Shown: positions 62,741 to 64,000 of the stretch, piece after piece
Position numbering within the stretch: position 1 is the stretch's first letter
Layout: every line of letters starts with the position of its first letter
From: an uncultured Candidatus Binatia bacterium
Lineage (GTDB): Bacteria > Desulfobacterota > Binatia > DP-6
Direction of reading: 5' to 3'
Assembly: GCA_964404165.1 (NCBI GenBank)
Contig: CAYOIZ010000032.1
Coordinates: 5,573-69,572 of the forward strand
DNA: 64,000 bases
Notes under the pieces: generated by a model
Database searches by the model: none
What the model was told of the DNA's origin: nothing
The model's input: the letters and a program-made list of their open reading frames with translations, nothing else
Translations under genes and position numbers: made by a program

Positions 62741-64000
62741 CGTTCGGCGCAGGCGAGCAGCAGCAGCGGGGCGCCGTGGTCGCGCGTCTCGCGCACGACC
62801 GTCCGGCAATGCGCGGCGAGCGCCGGCAGCACCGGCTCCGCGGCCAGCATCCAGGGCGCGACGTCGCCCTTCGCCGCCGGCCGCGGCAGCGAGCGGTCGA
62901 GCTGGTAGACGAGCACCTGACGATCCGGCTCGGTGAGGCTCCATGCGGCGCTGATCGGCTCGCCGGCACGGACCTGCGCCGTCACCGCACGGGCGAACGC
63001 CGGCGGAGGCGCGCCTGCGCACTCGGTCGCGTGCATGTGGGCCGCCATCGCGGCAGCGCCGACGTCGAGCAGCACCACGGCGGCGATCGTCCAGCGCGAC
63101 GCGATCGAGGTGAGGCGTCCCGCCGCCAGCACCGCCACGGCGGGATAGAGCGGCAGCAGGTACACGGCGCGCTTGCCGGCGGCGATCGTGAAGACGACCA
63201 GTACGACGATCCACCACCAGTGGAGCAGCGCGTCCGCCGGGCGCATCCCCCGCAGCCGCCTCGGCAGTGCCAGGACGTTCCAGGGTGCGAGCTGCACCGC
63301 GAACGCGCCGAGCAGCTTCAGCGGATTCGAATGGCGCTGGCGTTCGAAGCTGCCGCGGCCGACGAAACGGTTCAGGTTCTCGTGCATGAGCTGGACGACG
63401 ACGAAGTCGCGTCCGCCGTCCGCCCAGGCGAACACGTACCAGCCGACCACGATCGCTCCGGCCAACGCCGTCGACGGTACCGATACGACGGCCGCCCGCG
63501 GGCGATGGACGAGCCACCATCCACCCACGATCAACCCCGGTAAGACCATGCCGATGGGGCCCTTGGCGAGGACGGCTGCGGCGGCGGCGAGTGGAAGCAG
63601 CGTCCGTCCACCGCGGCCGCCGGTGGCCTGGCGCAGTGCACCGGCCAGCGCCAGCGTCACGCAGGCGGCGAACACCATGTCGACGCGGGCCTCGAGCGCG
63701 GCACGCCAGAAGCCCGTCATGCCGAGGAGCGCGCCGCCCGCGAACCAGCCCGTGACGCGACCGCCGACCATGCGACCCATCGCGACGGTGGTGACGAGGA
63801 GCACCCACGCCGCCAGCACCGAGGGCATGCGTACGCTGGTGTCGGAGAGTCCGGCGACGCTTGCGATGCCGCCGCCGATCCAATGGAAGAGCGGCGGCTT
63901 CGACGGCACCGCTCCCTCGCGGCGCGGTAGCACCCGGTGCGCGTCGCGCACCACCGAGCGAACGACGACGCCCTCGCGGGCTTCGCCGCGGGTCTCGATC
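62737..64000 (-). CDS. ArnT/PMT-like (GT83/GT39) membrane glycosyltransferase, 5' end outside window
   Basis: GEAREG, SKPPLFHW, R.PS, ARVDM and LAKGPIG motifs with many TM segments. Confidence 0.85.
   Translation of the reverse strand, partial: IETRGEAREGVVVRSVVRDAHRVLPRREGAVPSKPPLFHWIGGGIASVAGLSDTSVRMPSVLAAWVLLVTTVAMGRMVGGRVTGWFAGGALLGMTGFWRAALEARVDMVFAACVTLALAGALRQATGGRGGRTLLPLAAAAAVLAKGPIGMVLPGLIVGGWWLVHRPRAAVVSVPSTALAGAIVVGWYVFAWADGGRDFVVVQLMHENLNRFVGRGSFERQRHSNPLKLLGAFAVQLAPWNVLALPRRLRGMRPADALLHWWWIVVLVVFTIAAGKRAVYLLPLYPAVAVLAAGRLTSIASRWTIAAVVLLDVGAAAMAAHMHATECAGAPPPAFARAVTAQVRAGEPISAAWSLTEPDRQVLVYQLDRSLPRPAAKGDVAPWMLAAEPVLPALAAHCRTVVRETRDHGAPLLLLACAER

Overview
High-GC (roughly 70% by eye) bacterial chromosomal segment, densely coding with about 65 CDS. 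I found no rRNA, tRNA, CRISPR array, integrase or transposase. Gene content and the many secreted Cys-rich hypotheticals suggest a deltaproteobacterial-lineage organism such as Candidatus Binatia (inference only). A + strand housekeeping backbone (pgpA-cinA | thpR-recA-pilT-recX | alaS-phoH-ybeY-lnt) is interrupted by a 6.3 kb and a 38.7 kb block of accessory metabolic and secreted-protein genes. Best leads: (1) a secreted PHM/DBM-like copper monooxygenase with all six metal ligands recognisable; (2) a catalytically degenerate HMG-CoA-synthase/DUF35 fusion plus thiolase resembling PhlAB+PhlC; (3) a stand-alone CurM/Ols-like sulfotransferase with no PKS; (4) an ATPase-less MshEN/coiled-coil/membrane-anchor protein; (5) a leaderless DUF222-HNH gene; (6) a long hairpin hiding both SD and AUG of a SnoaL gene; (7) a GDPD gene with no canonical start codon; (8) many apparently leaderless promoters lacking T(-7). 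Many start sites were re-picked by hand from the ORF track. All family calls rest on recalled motifs, not database searches.
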